A stretch of DNA of 63,311 nucleotides, filler included, from Chthonomonadaceae bacterium (GTDB taxonomy: Bacteria; Armatimonadota; Chthonomonadetes; Chthonomonadales; Chthonomonadaceae): NCBI GenBank assembly GCA_035650735.1. It is 4 parts of 4 records of this genome, joined end to end, with 100 filler letters (N's around TTAATTAATTAA, not from the genome) between each part and the next. Parts side by side here need not be neighbours in the genome. Positions count along the whole stretch, not along the records: positions 1 to 21,311 come from DASRGZ010000130.1; 3 more parts are not named here. One strand, given 5' to 3'. Position numbers and translations under genes: made by a program. This document shows positions 9,953 to 19,227 of the stretch, piece by piece. The notes below the pieces were generated by a model. That model searched no databases and was not told the origin of the DNA. It saw only the letters and a program-made list of their open reading frames with translations. Each line of letters begins with the position of its first letter. Within the stretch, counting starts at the first letter, position 1.

Positions 9953-10521
9953 GAGAGGTCGCCTCCTCTCGCAAAATAGTCCCCTCCGCGCCGCCGGAGC
10001 GTTTCGCGGGCACGTCCCAAAAGACTGTTGACGGCAGAGGGCGACTTTCCGAGCACGATACCGATCTCGGTGATCGAAAGATTCTCCACCACCTGTAGCA
10101 GCAGCGCCTCGCGCTGTAACTCCGGTAAAGAGAGCAGGAGAGCGCGCACCTGCTGCTGCGCCTCTTTGCGCAAGACGGCGGCTTCCGGACTTCCCTCGCG
10201 CCCGGGCAGCACCTTCGCCACCTCCAGCGGCGTCTCCTTACGCCGTTGGCGCCGTCGGATCTCATCGGCGATCTTGCAGCGTGCGATCCGAAACAGCCAG
10301 ACCTTGACCGCCAGGTGCCGATCAAAACGCTCCAGCGCACGCAGGGCGTCGGCGAAGGTCTCCACGGCGATGTCTTCCGCCGCCGAGGGGTCCTCCAGGC
10401 GACTCAGGGCATAACGAAATATGTCGTTACGGCAGAGGACCGACAACGTTTCGGCGGTCGGTAGCTCCTCCACATTGGCTTTTTCTCGCCAGAATAGCCG
10501 CATGGTATGCAAAGGGTTCAT
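9949..10521 (-). CDS. ECF RNA polymerase sigma factor
   Basis: AEDIAVETF, WLFRIAR (region 2); LPELQREALLL...EIGIVLGKSPSAVNSLLGRAR (region 4). Confidence 0.9.
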   Translation of the reverse strand: MNPLHTMRLFWREKANVEELPTAETLSVLCRNDIFRYALSRLEDPSAAEDIAVETFADALRALERFDRHLAVKVWLFRIARCKIADEIRRRQRRKETPLEVAKVLPGREGSPEAAVLRKEAQQQVRALLLSLPELQREALLLQVVENLSITEIGIVLGKSPSAVNSLLGRARETLRRRGGDYFARGGDLS

Positions 10522-10654
10522 CTACCTCATTTCTTTCACTCTGCCTTATAAATCGCGTCCCTGGGACAAATCTCTCGGTATCTTGCGTAAAATACCACAT
10601 CCAATCTGGAGCCAATTGGTATGTTATAATGGAGATTGAGGGGAGGTGTCAGCG

Positions 10655-10921
10655 ATGGCGATTACTCTGGAATTACCTGAAGAGATCGAGCAGCGATTGC
10701 AGGAGGTGTGAAATGGCGATCTGCCGCGAAAGATTTTGGAGGCGGTTGCTGTGGAGGGCTACCGTCAGGGGGCGCTTTCGCGCGGACAGGTCAGCGAGCT
10801 TCTGGGCCTCTCCTTTCAAGACACCGAAGCCTTCCTTAAGGAACGTGAAGCCTACTCGCCCTATAGCATGGAAGAGGTAGAGCAGGGGCGCACGGAGCTT
10901 GAGGGCTTGCTCAAGAGATGA
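10655..10921 (+). pseudogene. UPF0175-family antitoxin with in-frame TGA at 10709-10711
   Basis: MAITLELPEEIEQRLQEV*NGDLPRKILEAVAVEGYRQGALSRGQVSELLGLS; GGAGG RBS, TGTTATAAT upstream. Confidence 0.75.
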
Positions 10922-10962
10922 CTGCCGTCTCAGACACAAGCCCTATCAACTACCTGGTCCTC
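10918..10962 (+). pseudogene. N-terminal stub of a DUF3368-type PIN toxin
   Basis: ATGA overlap with the antitoxin; MTAVSDTSPINYLVL is a typical PIN start, then similarity ends. Confidence 0.65.
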
Positions 10963-11478
10963 AGTCAGACGATATTTCGTCCTCCTCTAGAAGAAACCGG
11001 CCCTCCGCCTCGCTCCAACGCAACTTGTCCTCATGAGCCTCTACCCAGGCAATGATCTCCGAGCGGTCATATTTTAGGGAGAGACGAGAAGGCCAAGGTA
11101 CCAATGCTGATATAGCATTTTCTAGGAAGTCTGTCGGATATTCTGGCCCTAGGTTGTATATTAAGATGTCCGCAACCGCGGGTAGACACTCCCAGCCGTG
11201 TGGATCAATCTCACGCAGCCTGCTGCTGAGGAGATACGTCCACACCGTTGGGAGGGATTACCCAACCGCGGACAAGCAACCATAAGTCGGTAGAACAAGG
11301 CCCCAAATATAGATTCTGACGCGGATATCCATTAGTGTCTTAGCGTCTCAATTTTTCCCTTTAAGATGGAGTTCAAGCTCTTTTTGGCCTGGGGGTATTC
11401 TCGCTCGGCAAGATGCAAGAGATATTCATCTGGATCGGCTCCCTCAGGTAATCCGCGTAAAAAGAGCTTTTCACTCAT
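10961..11478 (-). pseudogene. Hypothetical gene disrupted by a MITE and a frameshift
   Basis: Removing 11181-11262 plus one 8-bp duplication restores ...GCLSAVADILIYNLGPEY...; probable start MSEKLFLRG at 11478 lies in another frame. Confidence 0.55.
11181..11262. mobile_element. 82-bp MITE with GGTA...TACC terminal inverted repeats and 8-bp TSD
   Basis: CAACCGCG at 11173-11180 and 11263-11270; ends GGTAGACACTCCCAGCCGTGTGG / CCACACCGTTGGGAGGGATTACC; homologous to 54163-54243. Confidence 0.85.
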
Positions 11479-11638
11479 CAGGTAGTGTACCCATAGAGAG
11501 TTGATACTTCGTCGCCGATGACCTTATCAACTCTGTAGAGGGACACTACCACTCATCAATACTCTGCGCCACTTTTGGGCAGGTGTCGAAATAGCCATGT
11601 GAATTCCCTCCAGTAAGGCATTCTCCTTGCCCGTGATT

Positions 11639-14600
11639 CTATTGGCCGGTCACGGAGAAGAGGATCGGGGCGGCGCAGGGGTTGTCGGCGCGGAACTCCA
11701 GGCGGGCGATGGCGACCTGTGGGCGCGGATTGGACCAGCGCAGCAGGCGCAGCGTGCGCGGCGCGGAAGGATTGCCCCAGGAGAGAGCGGAGGTCGTATA
11801 GGCGGAGGGGGCGCTATCATCCAGGGCGCGAATCTCACTGCCATACCGTAGCGGGATTTCTACCTTCTGGCCGTCTGCGTAAATCACCATGTACGTCCCC
11901 ACGCGCGTGCCCGCATCCACCCCAAAGGCAGTGGCGTGCAGGAAGGCTAGCGACTCGGCGCGGGCCTGGACGGGCAGCGAGATCGCCTGCGGATAATGCA
12001 TGGCAACATCGCCGCCCAAACCAGGCAGCGTCGCCGGATTGATGGCCCCCGCAAGCATCACCCCGCCCAGGCTGGTTCCTGCGACCCGAATGCCAGTATC
12101 CGCAACGGTGGGATATTGGGAAGGCGACAGCGGAATATCCAGCGTTTCGGAGTTAACATCGGAGACCGTCTGCGGATAGGCCGATATCGGCAGCGCGTCC
12201 GGCCCCTGCCCAAACAGGGTGATATTGGCCGCGCGGCGCAGGCTAAGATACCAGCCGGGCTTAGGGGAGGCCAGCGGCGGCACGGCCCGGTAGGCGCGGG
12301 TAAAGACGACGGCGGCATCGTAGGGCAGGGCATCCTCTGCCGCCGGTTTGCCCGGTTCGCGTGGGTGCAGGGGCGTGCCGCTCCAGGCGTACTCCGCCGC
12401 CAGCACGAACGCTGCAAACTGGCGCAACTCGGTATTCAGCAGGTCTTCGTTGCTGTCGTAACCGGCCCAGGTGGTTTGCAGCAGGCCGAGCGCGCCTTTC
12501 TGAATGGCCTGCTGCGCCCAGCCGCGAATGTTCTCCGGCTCGAACCAGGGACAGCCGAGCGTCGCGAAGCCCGCCTGCTTGAAGACCTGAAGACCGTTGC
12601 GCTGCTCCGAACCGGGCGTGTAGCGCCAGTCGGCGATGACGGCGTCGTTGGGCAGCAGGGCGCGGCGCTTCTGCGCCTCTTCGGGCGTGGGTGCGTTGGC
12701 GGCTTCCGGCGCTTCCGAGCGATCCAGGAGCATATCGCCCCAGAGCATCGTGCGCACGCCGCGCGCCCGCAGCCAGTCCGCAAGCCTGTTCGTGTCGTCG
12801 GTAAAGAGCTTGGTAATGCCCTTGCGGATGTTTTCCGGGCGGGCAGGATACTTGCCGAAAACGTCGTCGCCCAGGATCTTGACTTCATCGTGGCCGATAT
12901 GGAACAGACGCGGGCGGAAGATGTCGAGCGCCTCCTGGTAGATGTCGAAGATAAACCGGTAACTTTTGGGATTGCTGGCATCGTAGGCGTGGGGCGCGCT
13001 CACGTCCTCCGCCAGGTCGAGATGCTGGCCGTTCTTGAAAATCCACTCGCTATGGCCGAGCGAGTTGACGAGCGGAATCGGCTCTAAGAAGTGGTCGCGG
13101 GCATAGGCGACGTCGGCCCGGAGGTCTTCCGGGGACATACTGTAGGGAACGTGTATTTCCGGGTGCGACTTCCAGCGGGTATACTCACACTCGATGACCA
13201 TCGCGTTGAGCTTGTAGCGGGCAAAGATGCGGTCAATGAGCTTCCTGTGGAAGGGCAGGGCGTTGCGTCCGACGAAGATATGCGCGCCCCGAAAGTGCAG
13301 GCTCGGCCAGTCGGCGATGTCTGCGCCCGCAAAGGCGAACGTCTTCTGCGGCGTGACGCGCAGCAGCTGGCGCAGGGTCTGGAGGCCGTAGAAGGCCCCG
13401 GCGGCGTCCCTGCCGATAACGGCGACATACCGGGGCGTGACGCGCAGAGCGTAACCTTCGGCCTGCGTGGGAGCGGCCAGATGGTTGGCATCTAGCCATT
13501 GCTGCGCGCTTTTATCGCTACCGGCAACGGCAACAAGCAGGCCGCTGCCGTTCCAGGCGTCCGAGCCGGGCAGCCATTGCGTGCCCGTGTCTCGGTGCAG
13601 GTCGTCGAGCAGGTCGTGCAGAGCGGCGTTGACGCGGCGGCCCGTCGCATCTTGGGGCAGGGCGGTATAGAACCGCAGGCTGCCTTGCAGGGGGAAGTCG
13701 CCGGAGGGAAACGCGGCCTGCTTGGGCTGCGGAATGATCAGCGGGTGACCGCCAGCGTCCAGCAGGGGTGGCTCCGGCCTGCGCGCGTCGGGAATGGCGA
13801 CCGTCTGGACGGCGGGCGTCTCCGGCGCAGGGGAAGCGGTCGCGCCGGGCGGGAGAGGTGGGGCGGCGTTCCGGGGCGTCAGCGTCAGGGTGATCGTGTG
13901 GACGGTCTCCTGGTCGGGCGGCATCTCCACGCCGAGATAGCCGCACCAGAAGACTTTATCGTCTTTCAGGTATTGGTCGGCGCGGCCATCGAAGACAACG
14001 GGGCCATCCTTATCGTCCAGCCCGGTGAGGCTGATGTCGCCCAGGGCGGTATGGCGTAGAGCCAGATGCTTGAGGGGCGGAGCGAGGCGGCTTTCCGGAT
14101 ACTTCGCCCCGTGCGGGCGCAGCCCGATCTTGCCGGAAGCCAGGACAACGTTATCGCCCCGGTCGGCCTCATAGGTCGCACCGACAAGTGGATAGGCCCA
14201 CAGACGCGCGGCGTTCCACTCCAGCAGGGCGGTGTCGGGGCCGTCCCAGCGGGTGCGCAGGGTAAACGTAACCGTATTTTGCGGGTGAACTTCGATGCGC
14301 TGCGTGGCGCGGAACGTGTAGCCCTCGCCCGCATGATGGAAGTTGGCGAGGTAGGCCCGTCCGCCGTCGGGAAGCGTTTCGACGGTGGCGGCGGGCGGAT
14401 TGGAGCCAGAGCCGTAGTAACCGCGCGCGTAATCTTTGGCGAACACCTGCACCAGCCCGCCTTTGATCAAAGGCACGCCGTCAAAATCGAGATAGAGCCC
14501 GCCGCGCGCAAAGCGGGCCATCCACCTTCCGATGGCAACGGGAGTGGAAGCGTCCTGAGGCGGCCTGGCCTGGGATTGCGCGGGCGTGCCGGGGAAGAGG

Positions 14601-14656
14601 CTAAGAGCGAAGAGGGCGACAAGAAGCGAAAACGCGGTCAGCATCGTATTTCTCAT
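11639..14656 (-). CDS. Secreted GH20 beta-N-acetylhexosaminidase-like protein with extra domains
   Basis: EGYALRV, GAFYGLQTLRQL, IADWPSLHFRG, catalytic HIGHDE; signal peptide from ATG 14656 (start uncertain). Confidence 0.85.
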   Translation of the reverse strand: MRNTMLTAFSLLVALFALSLFPGTPAQSQARPPQDASTPVAIGRWMARFARGGLYLDFDGVPLIKGGLVQVFAKDYARGYYGSGSNPPAATVETLPDGGRAYLANFHHAGEGYTFRATQRIEVHPQNTVTFTLRTRWDGPDTALLEWNAARLWAYPLVGATYEADRGDNVVLASGKIGLRPHGAKYPESRLAPPLKHLALRHTALGDISLTGLDDKDGPVVFDGRADQYLKDDKVFWCGYLGVEMPPDQETVHTITLTLTPRNAAPPLPPGATASPAPETPAVQTVAIPDARRPEPPLLDAGGHPLIIPQPKQAAFPSGDFPLQGSLRFYTALPQDATGRRVNAALHDLLDDLHRDTGTQWLPGSDAWNGSGLLVAVAGSDKSAQQWLDANHLAAPTQAEGYALRVTPRYVAVIGRDAAGAFYGLQTLRQLLRVTPQKTFAFAGADIADWPSLHFRGAHIFVGRNALPFHRKLIDRIFARYKLNAMVIECEYTRWKSHPEIHVPYSMSPEDLRADVAYARDHFLEPIPLVNSLGHSEWIFKNGQHLDLAEDVSAPHAYDASNPKSYRFIFDIYQEALDIFRPRLFHIGHDEVKILGDDVFGKYPARPENIRKGITKLFTDDTNRLADWLRARGVRTMLWGDMLLDRSEAPEAANAPTPEEAQKRRALLPNDAVIADWRYTPGSEQRNGLQVFKQAGFATLGCPWFEPENIRGWAQQAIQKGALGLLQTTWAGYDSNEDLLNTELRQFAAFVLAAEYAWSGTPLHPREPGKPAAEDALPYDAAVVFTRAYRAVPPLASPKPGWYLSLRRAANITLFGQGPDALPISAYPQTVSDVNSETLDIPLSPSQYPTVADTGIRVAGTSLGGVMLAGAINPATLPGLGGDVAMHYPQAISLPVQARAESLAFLHATAFGVDAGTRVGTYMVIYADGQKVEIPLRYGSEIRALDDSAPSAYTTSALSWGNPSAPRTLRLLRWSNPRPQVAIARLEFRADNPCAAPILFSVTGQ

Positions 14657-14743
14657 AAGGCAACATTCGGCGGCGCGGACGGCATTTCCTGTATTGCCGA
14701 GCTTGTTCATCCGGTCAATCCAGCCGGGCCATGAATGACCCGT

Positions 14744-15120
14744 CTCTAGGGCGGCTACGCCGCCAACCGACTGCAAGGGACGGCGCTGCCACTGCTAGGG
14801 TCGGTGCTCAACGGTTCGCACCTCCACCTAGCGACACTCGTGCCTTTGCCTTGCGACTACCGGACGGAAAACCCGGCTTTACTGTGCGTCCGCTAGTCGC
14901 AAGGCCGAGCCGCGAACCGTTGAGCGGCGTCCCTTGCAGTCGCTTGGTCGCAGGCCCTAGAGCCGGGGGTTGAAAACCCCGGTCCTAGCCGGGCATGGAA
15001 AATACCCGGCTAGAGGGCGGCTGCGCCGCCAACCGTCCTTCGGACGGAAACTCCTGGCTTGGCAGGGCGTCCGCCAGGACGCTTGGCCGTAGGCCCTAGA
15101 GACGGGTACTTTCAGTGCCC
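14744..15120. repeat. Composite palindromic (REP/REPIN-like) element
   Basis: Nested inverted repeats; 14952-15120 recurs inverted at about 59321-59489. Confidence 0.85.
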
Positions 15121-15152
15121 GACTTACGCAGGCGCGTTAGGAAGTTGTGAGT

Positions 15153-15545
15153 ATGCAGATAGCGCAGAACAAATGGCTGCGGGCCGCGTTCTGGGGGACG
15201 GTCCTGCTGATCTTTCTCTTTTGCTTGCTGTTTCCCGCCTGGTCGCGCCGGGCGCTGAAACAAGATCGCGCGGGGGCCGTGCCGCAGCAGGGCGTCGCCA
15301 CGGTCGCCATGCTGATTGACGCCAAGCCAAGCGTGACCGATAAGCCTTCTCCCGCGCAGGTGCTTGTGCGCTTCCATGGACAGCTCTGCTCCGCCAAAAC
15401 CATTGGCGGCTTCGATCAGCTACGCGAGGGGCAGCCCGCGCGCATCCTCTATCGCGTCGGCAGGAGCGGGCGCATCTACGTGGACCGCGTGGAGCCTTTG
15501 CCGGCTGCGTCCGCCGCCTCCAGGAATACGAACGACGCCCATTGA
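15153..15545 (+). CDS. Hypothetical membrane-anchored protein
   Basis: N-terminal TM helix, beta-rich remainder, stop overlaps the next ORF. Confidence 0.6.
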   Translation: MQIAQNKWLRAAFWGTVLLIFLFCLLFPAWSRRALKQDRAGAVPQQGVATVAMLIDAKPSVTDKPSPAQVLVRFHGQLCSAKTIGGFDQLREGQPARILYRVGRSGRIYVDRVEPLPAASAASRNTNDAH

Positions 15546-17244
15546 GCGTTCCCACAACGAACGAGGAGATACGAACAAGTGTGGGAATAGCAGGCAAGAG
15601 AGCCTTCGGGCTGGCTTTAAGGGAGAGGGCGGCTGTCCTGAGCAGGACGGAGGCGGGCAGGGCTGCGCAGGCACAGAGGACGCCGCCTTATGTCTGGGGC
15701 ATTGCCTTACTTGCCATCGCCCTCCGTATCGGCATCGCCTGGGCCACCCACTTCACCAGCGAAGACTACCTGATCACCCTGCGCTACGCCGAGAATCTGG
15801 CCCACAGACGCGGCCTCGTCTTCAATCCCGGTGAGCGCGTGCTGGGCACCACAACGCCCCTCTATACCCTCTTTCTGGCCCTGACAATCAAGCTCGGCCT
15901 GCCCGCCACCCTCTGCGGGAAGGGCGTCAACATTCTGGCGGACGGCCTGCTATGCACGCTGATGTACCGCTGGCTGAGCGTCGTTGGGCAGCGGACGGCG
16001 GGGGTGGTGGCGGCGTTCTGGGTCGCTATCAACCCGCTGCACATCCAGTGGGCGATCTCCGGCATGGAGACGAGCCTGGTGACGGCGTGCGGCCTGTGGG
16101 TCTGGCTGGCCTACGCGGAGCGGCGCACCCTCACCGCTTATCTCGCGGGGGCCCTGCTCTTTCTCCTGCGCTGGGATAGCCTCCTCCTGACGGGCGTGCT
16201 GACGGCGGCCCTCCTCTGGCGCGAGCGTCGGCTGCCGCTGCGCGCGCTGACGGCGTATGGCCTGCTCATCGCACCCTGGCTGATTTTCGCAGCATGGTAC
16301 TATGGCAATCCCATTCCCGTCACCGCCGCCGCCAAAGCGACCGTCTACGGATGGCGTGCCGATCACGAGCCGGCCTGGCTGCTCCGTTACCTGCCGCGCC
16401 TGCCCGAAGTGCTGCATCGCTTCCTCGGCATCAACGAGCCGGCGTTTCGGGCCTTTCTGCTTGCGCCACATCTGGCCGACCTGCCCCGCGTTCTCTTCGG
16501 AGCGCCCGGTTACGCGCTGATAACCCTTTTCGCGGCCCTCGGCCTGGCGCGCGTCGTGCGGGAGCACTGGACGATGTTCTGGCCGCCACTGGCCTGGTTT
16601 ATGCTCTACTGGATCGCGTTCCTGCTCTCCCGCGTGCTGCTCTTTCCCTGGTATCTCGTGCCGCCGCTGCCGGTGTATGGCGCTCTGGTCGCGCTGGGCC
16701 TGACGGCGGTTGCGCGGCGGATAGGGGAACGGTGGCCGCGTTCCCTACAGACGACGGCGGCAGCATCGGCGCTCGGCCTCAGTGCCATCGCGGGCGCAGC
16801 CTCCACCCTCCAGCTTGCGCACAGTGCTCAATGGCCAGAAGATAGAGTGCGGATTCCGCTCGGCCTCTGGCTCAAAGCGCATAGCCGGCCCACGGATCGC
16901 ATCCTCTTGGAACCAATCGGCTATATCGGGTATTATTCTGAGCGTCCGGTGCTGGACATCGTCGGCCTGGTGACGCCGCAGGTATTGCCGTTTTACCGCC
17001 CGGAGAATCCCGCGCCGGTATTGAATATCGCGGAGGCATTCCGGCCAGAATGGTGCTGCGTCCGGGCGAGCTGGAGCGGGTGCGGCGCGCGGCACTGGCA
17101 TCCGGGCGTCCCTGGGAAGCGCGCTACGCGCTTATCCAGACCTTCTCCCGCACGCCCACGAGCCATATCTACTATATCTACCGGCGGCGGGAAGCGGAAG
17201 TCCCTTACCTAACCCGTTCTGAGGTAATCCATGCCAATTTATGA
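15542..17244 (+). CDS. Polytopic GT-C fold glycosyltransferase (ArnT/PMT-like); frameshift near 17055
   Basis: EDYLITLRYAENL, GERVLGTTTPLY, SGMET, RWD, IGYIGYYS, LDIVGLVTP; C-terminus continues in the 17050-17244 frame (VLRPGEL). Confidence 0.75.
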
Positions 17245-17587
17245 GTTTGTCTGCGCGCAATGCAAGCGTAGGTTTCGCAAATTAGTCGGAGTGGTGGCGC
17301 AGTCGGAGCCGCTGCAATGTCCGCGCTGCCAGTCCACACAACTTAACCGCCAGATCTCGCGCTTTGCCCGCGTCCGCAGCGAGGACGAGGCGCTCGACTC
17401 GCTGGCCGATGAGATGGAATCCATGGGCGACACGGACGACCCAAAAGCGTTACGCCGGTTGATGCGCGAGATGGGCAAGGAGATGGGCGAGGATCTGGGC
17501 GACGAGTTTGAACAGATGATGGAAGAAGAGGCCGCCGGTGAGGGCGCCGGGGAAGGCGGCGCGGAGGAAGACGCCGCCGCAGAATAG
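17231..17587 (+). CDS. FmdB-family zinc-ribbon protein
   Basis: MPIYEFVCAQC...CPRC, acidic tail. Confidence 0.85.
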   Translation: MPIYEFVCAQCKRRFRKLVGVVAQSEPLQCPRCQSTQLNRQISRFARVRSEDEALDSLADEMESMGDTDDPKALRRLMREMGKEMGEDLGDEFEQMMEEEAAGEGAGEGGAEEDAAAE

Positions 17588-17660
17588 GCGCAAAAAACGG
17601 CCCGTACAAAACACAGAACAATTTCGGGTATACTTACGTCAAAGCCGCGTGCGGCGGCAG

Positions 17661-17696
17661 TTGACGAAACGTTCGCGTTTGTGATAAACTTCACAG
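17661..17696 (+). promoter_or_regulatory. nuo promoter with overlapping Rex operator
   Basis: TTGACG -35, TG-n-TAAACT -10; TTGTGATAAACTTCACAG (17679-17696) resembles the Rex consensus TTGTGAAnnnnTTCACAA. Confidence 0.7.
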
Positions 17697-17787
17697 TAAT
17701 AGCCCGATCGTTAAACGCTTGCGAGTGCCGGTTTGTGCGGGCGAACAGACCGCAGGCAGCGCGCAGGCCCGGGCGGAGATGACCGCG

Positions 17788-18333
17788 ATGTTGAGTAGTT
17801 ATATCCCCACCTTCGTCATGATCGGCGTGGCGGCCCTGCTTGCGGGTGGCATGGTGATCGGCTCTTTCTTCCTGGGGCCCAAAAAGCCGACCCCCTACAA
17901 GTCCACCTCCTACGAGTGCGGCATGACGCCGGTAGGATCGGCGCGTGAGCGCTTCCCCGTCAAGTTCTACCTCATCGCCATGCTGTTTATCGTCTTTGAC
18001 ATTGAGACCATTTTCCTCTATCCCTGGGCCGTGACCTACGGCGGCCTCTCCAACGCGCTGAAAGTGTTCAACCTGGTGGAGATGGCCGTCTTTGTGGCGA
18101 TCCTGTTCGTTGGCTACTTCTATATCCTGGGGAAGGGCGCGCTGGACTGGGATGAGGCCGAGCAGGTACGCAATCGGGATATTCTTACGCCCGAAGTGCT
18201 GGCCCCGCGCCCGGCGCTCCGCTACGGCAACGAGAACTCCGGCCCGGTAGACCTGTCGAAAGTCGGCGCGGCCAACCCTGCCCTGACCTACGGAGCCGCC
18301 GCCCAGGAAGAGTATCAGCGTGTTCGGCGCTAG
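17788..18333 (+). CDS. nuoA: NADH-quinone oxidoreductase subunit A with C-terminal extension
   Basis: YECGM, FYLIAMLFIVFDIETIFLYPWA, KGALDWD followed by about 60 extra aa. Confidence 0.95.
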   Translation: MLSSYIPTFVMIGVAALLAGGMVIGSFFLGPKKPTPYKSTSYECGMTPVGSARERFPVKFYLIAMLFIVFDIETIFLYPWAVTYGGLSNALKVFNLVEMAVFVAILFVGYFYILGKGALDWDEAEQVRNRDILTPEVLAPRPALRYGNENSGPVDLSKVGAANPALTYGAAAQEEYQRVRR

Positions 18334-18345
18334 AAGAGGTTGGCT

Positions 18346-19059
18346 ATGACACAGCAGCCGTCCCCACCGCCCACCAACGAGGAGCGGCTGGAGGTGCAAA
18401 AGATACGCGAGGCGTTTCCCGACGCCATTCTGGATGTCAATACGTTCCGGGGCGATACGCGCATCATGGTCAGGCGTGAGCATATTGTGGACATCTGCCG
18501 CCTGCTGCGCGATGACCCGGACCTGCAATACAACTTCTTTTCCGAGTGCCTGGGCGTAGATTACCTGGACTATCGCGAGGACTACCGCTTCGAGGTCGTC
18601 TACAACCTCTACTCGCTCCAGTACGAGAAGGATGGGCAGGTCTACGGCAAGAACCAGCGCATCTTCCTGAAGGTTCCCGTGCCCGAGGACGATCCGGTGG
18701 TGCCGAGCGTGGTCTCCATCTATCCGGGCGCGGGCTTCCCGGAGCGGGAGATTTACGACTTCTTCGGCGTGCGCTTTGAGGGCAACCCCGACCTGCGCCG
18801 CATCTTCATGCCGGATGATTGGGTCGGCTATCCGCAGCGCAAGGACTATCCGCTCGGCGGCGAGCGCGTGCAGTTTCCCGGCGGCAAGTACGGCCCGGCG
18901 GTGGGCGAGGTGCCGGTGCAGCATCCGGGCGAGTCGTTCTACGGCAAGACGGGCGACACGCAGGGCGAGCCGTATCGCCGAATGCGCGTGCCAACCCCGG
19001 ATCGCGGTCCGGGAACCCTCCTGCCGCCGCCGCGCAAGGAAGAGCCAACGGAGAAATAA
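18346..19059 (+). CDS. nuoA: NADH-quinone oxidoreductase subunit C
   Basis: Gene is nuoC-type: [41 protein letters not shown]. Confidence 0.
   Translation: MTQQPSPPPTNEERLEVQKIREAFPDAILDVNTFRGDTRIMVRREHIVDICRLLRDDPDLQYNFFSECLGVDYLDYREDYRFEVVYNLYSLQYEKDGQVYGKNQRIFLKVPVPEDDPVVPSVVSIYPGAGFPEREIYDFFGVRFEGNPDLRRIFMPDDWVGYPQRKDYPLGGERVQFPGGKYGPAVGEVPVQHPGESFYGKTGDTQGEPYRRMRVPTPDRGPGTLLPPPRKEEPTEK
18346..19059 (+). CDS. nuoC: NADH-quinone oxidoreductase subunit C (correct entry; disregard the preceding zero-confidence duplicate with the wrong symbol)
   Basis: [41 protein letters not shown]. Confidence 0.95.
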   Translation: MTQQPSPPPTNEERLEVQKIREAFPDAILDVNTFRGDTRIMVRREHIVDICRLLRDDPDLQYNFFSECLGVDYLDYREDYRFEVVYNLYSLQYEKDGQVYGKNQRIFLKVPVPEDDPVVPSVVSIYPGAGFPEREIYDFFGVRFEGNPDLRRIFMPDDWVGYPQRKDYPLGGERVQFPGGKYGPAVGEVPVQHPGESFYGKTGDTQGEPYRRMRVPTPDRGPGTLLPPPRKEEPTEK

Positions 19060-19211
19060 TCCACAGATTACAAAGACAAAAACCTTTGGACAGGATTAAC
19101 GGGATTTACACGATTAGGGAAAAGACAGAGAAGCCCTGTGTTCCTGTATGGTTGAAATCCGGCTAACCCCGTTAATCCTGTCTAATAATCTTGGCCTTTC
19201 ATCTGTGGATT
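19058..19211. repeat. Nested inverted repeat between nuoC and nuoD
   Basis: AATCCACAGAT/ATCTGTGGATT enclosing GACAGGATTAACGGG/CCCGTTAATCCTGTC. Confidence 0.8.
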
Positions 19212-19227
19212 CGGAGAGAATGCAGCT

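Noticed and set aside
10709..10711. In-frame TGA as selenocysteine or recoding
   Set aside because: Not a redox Cys position, TGA is a normal stop elsewhere in the window, and the partner toxin is also destroyed. A nonsense mutation is simpler.
17040..17070. Single-base frameshifts (17055, 43505, 53128) as programmed frameshifting
   Set aside because: No shared slippery motif or downstream structure. Sequencing error or decay is more likely and cannot be resolved without reads.
18200..18295. PALRYG/PALTYG duplication in the NuoA tail as another spacer scar
   Set aside because: DNA identity between the copies is too low to support it.
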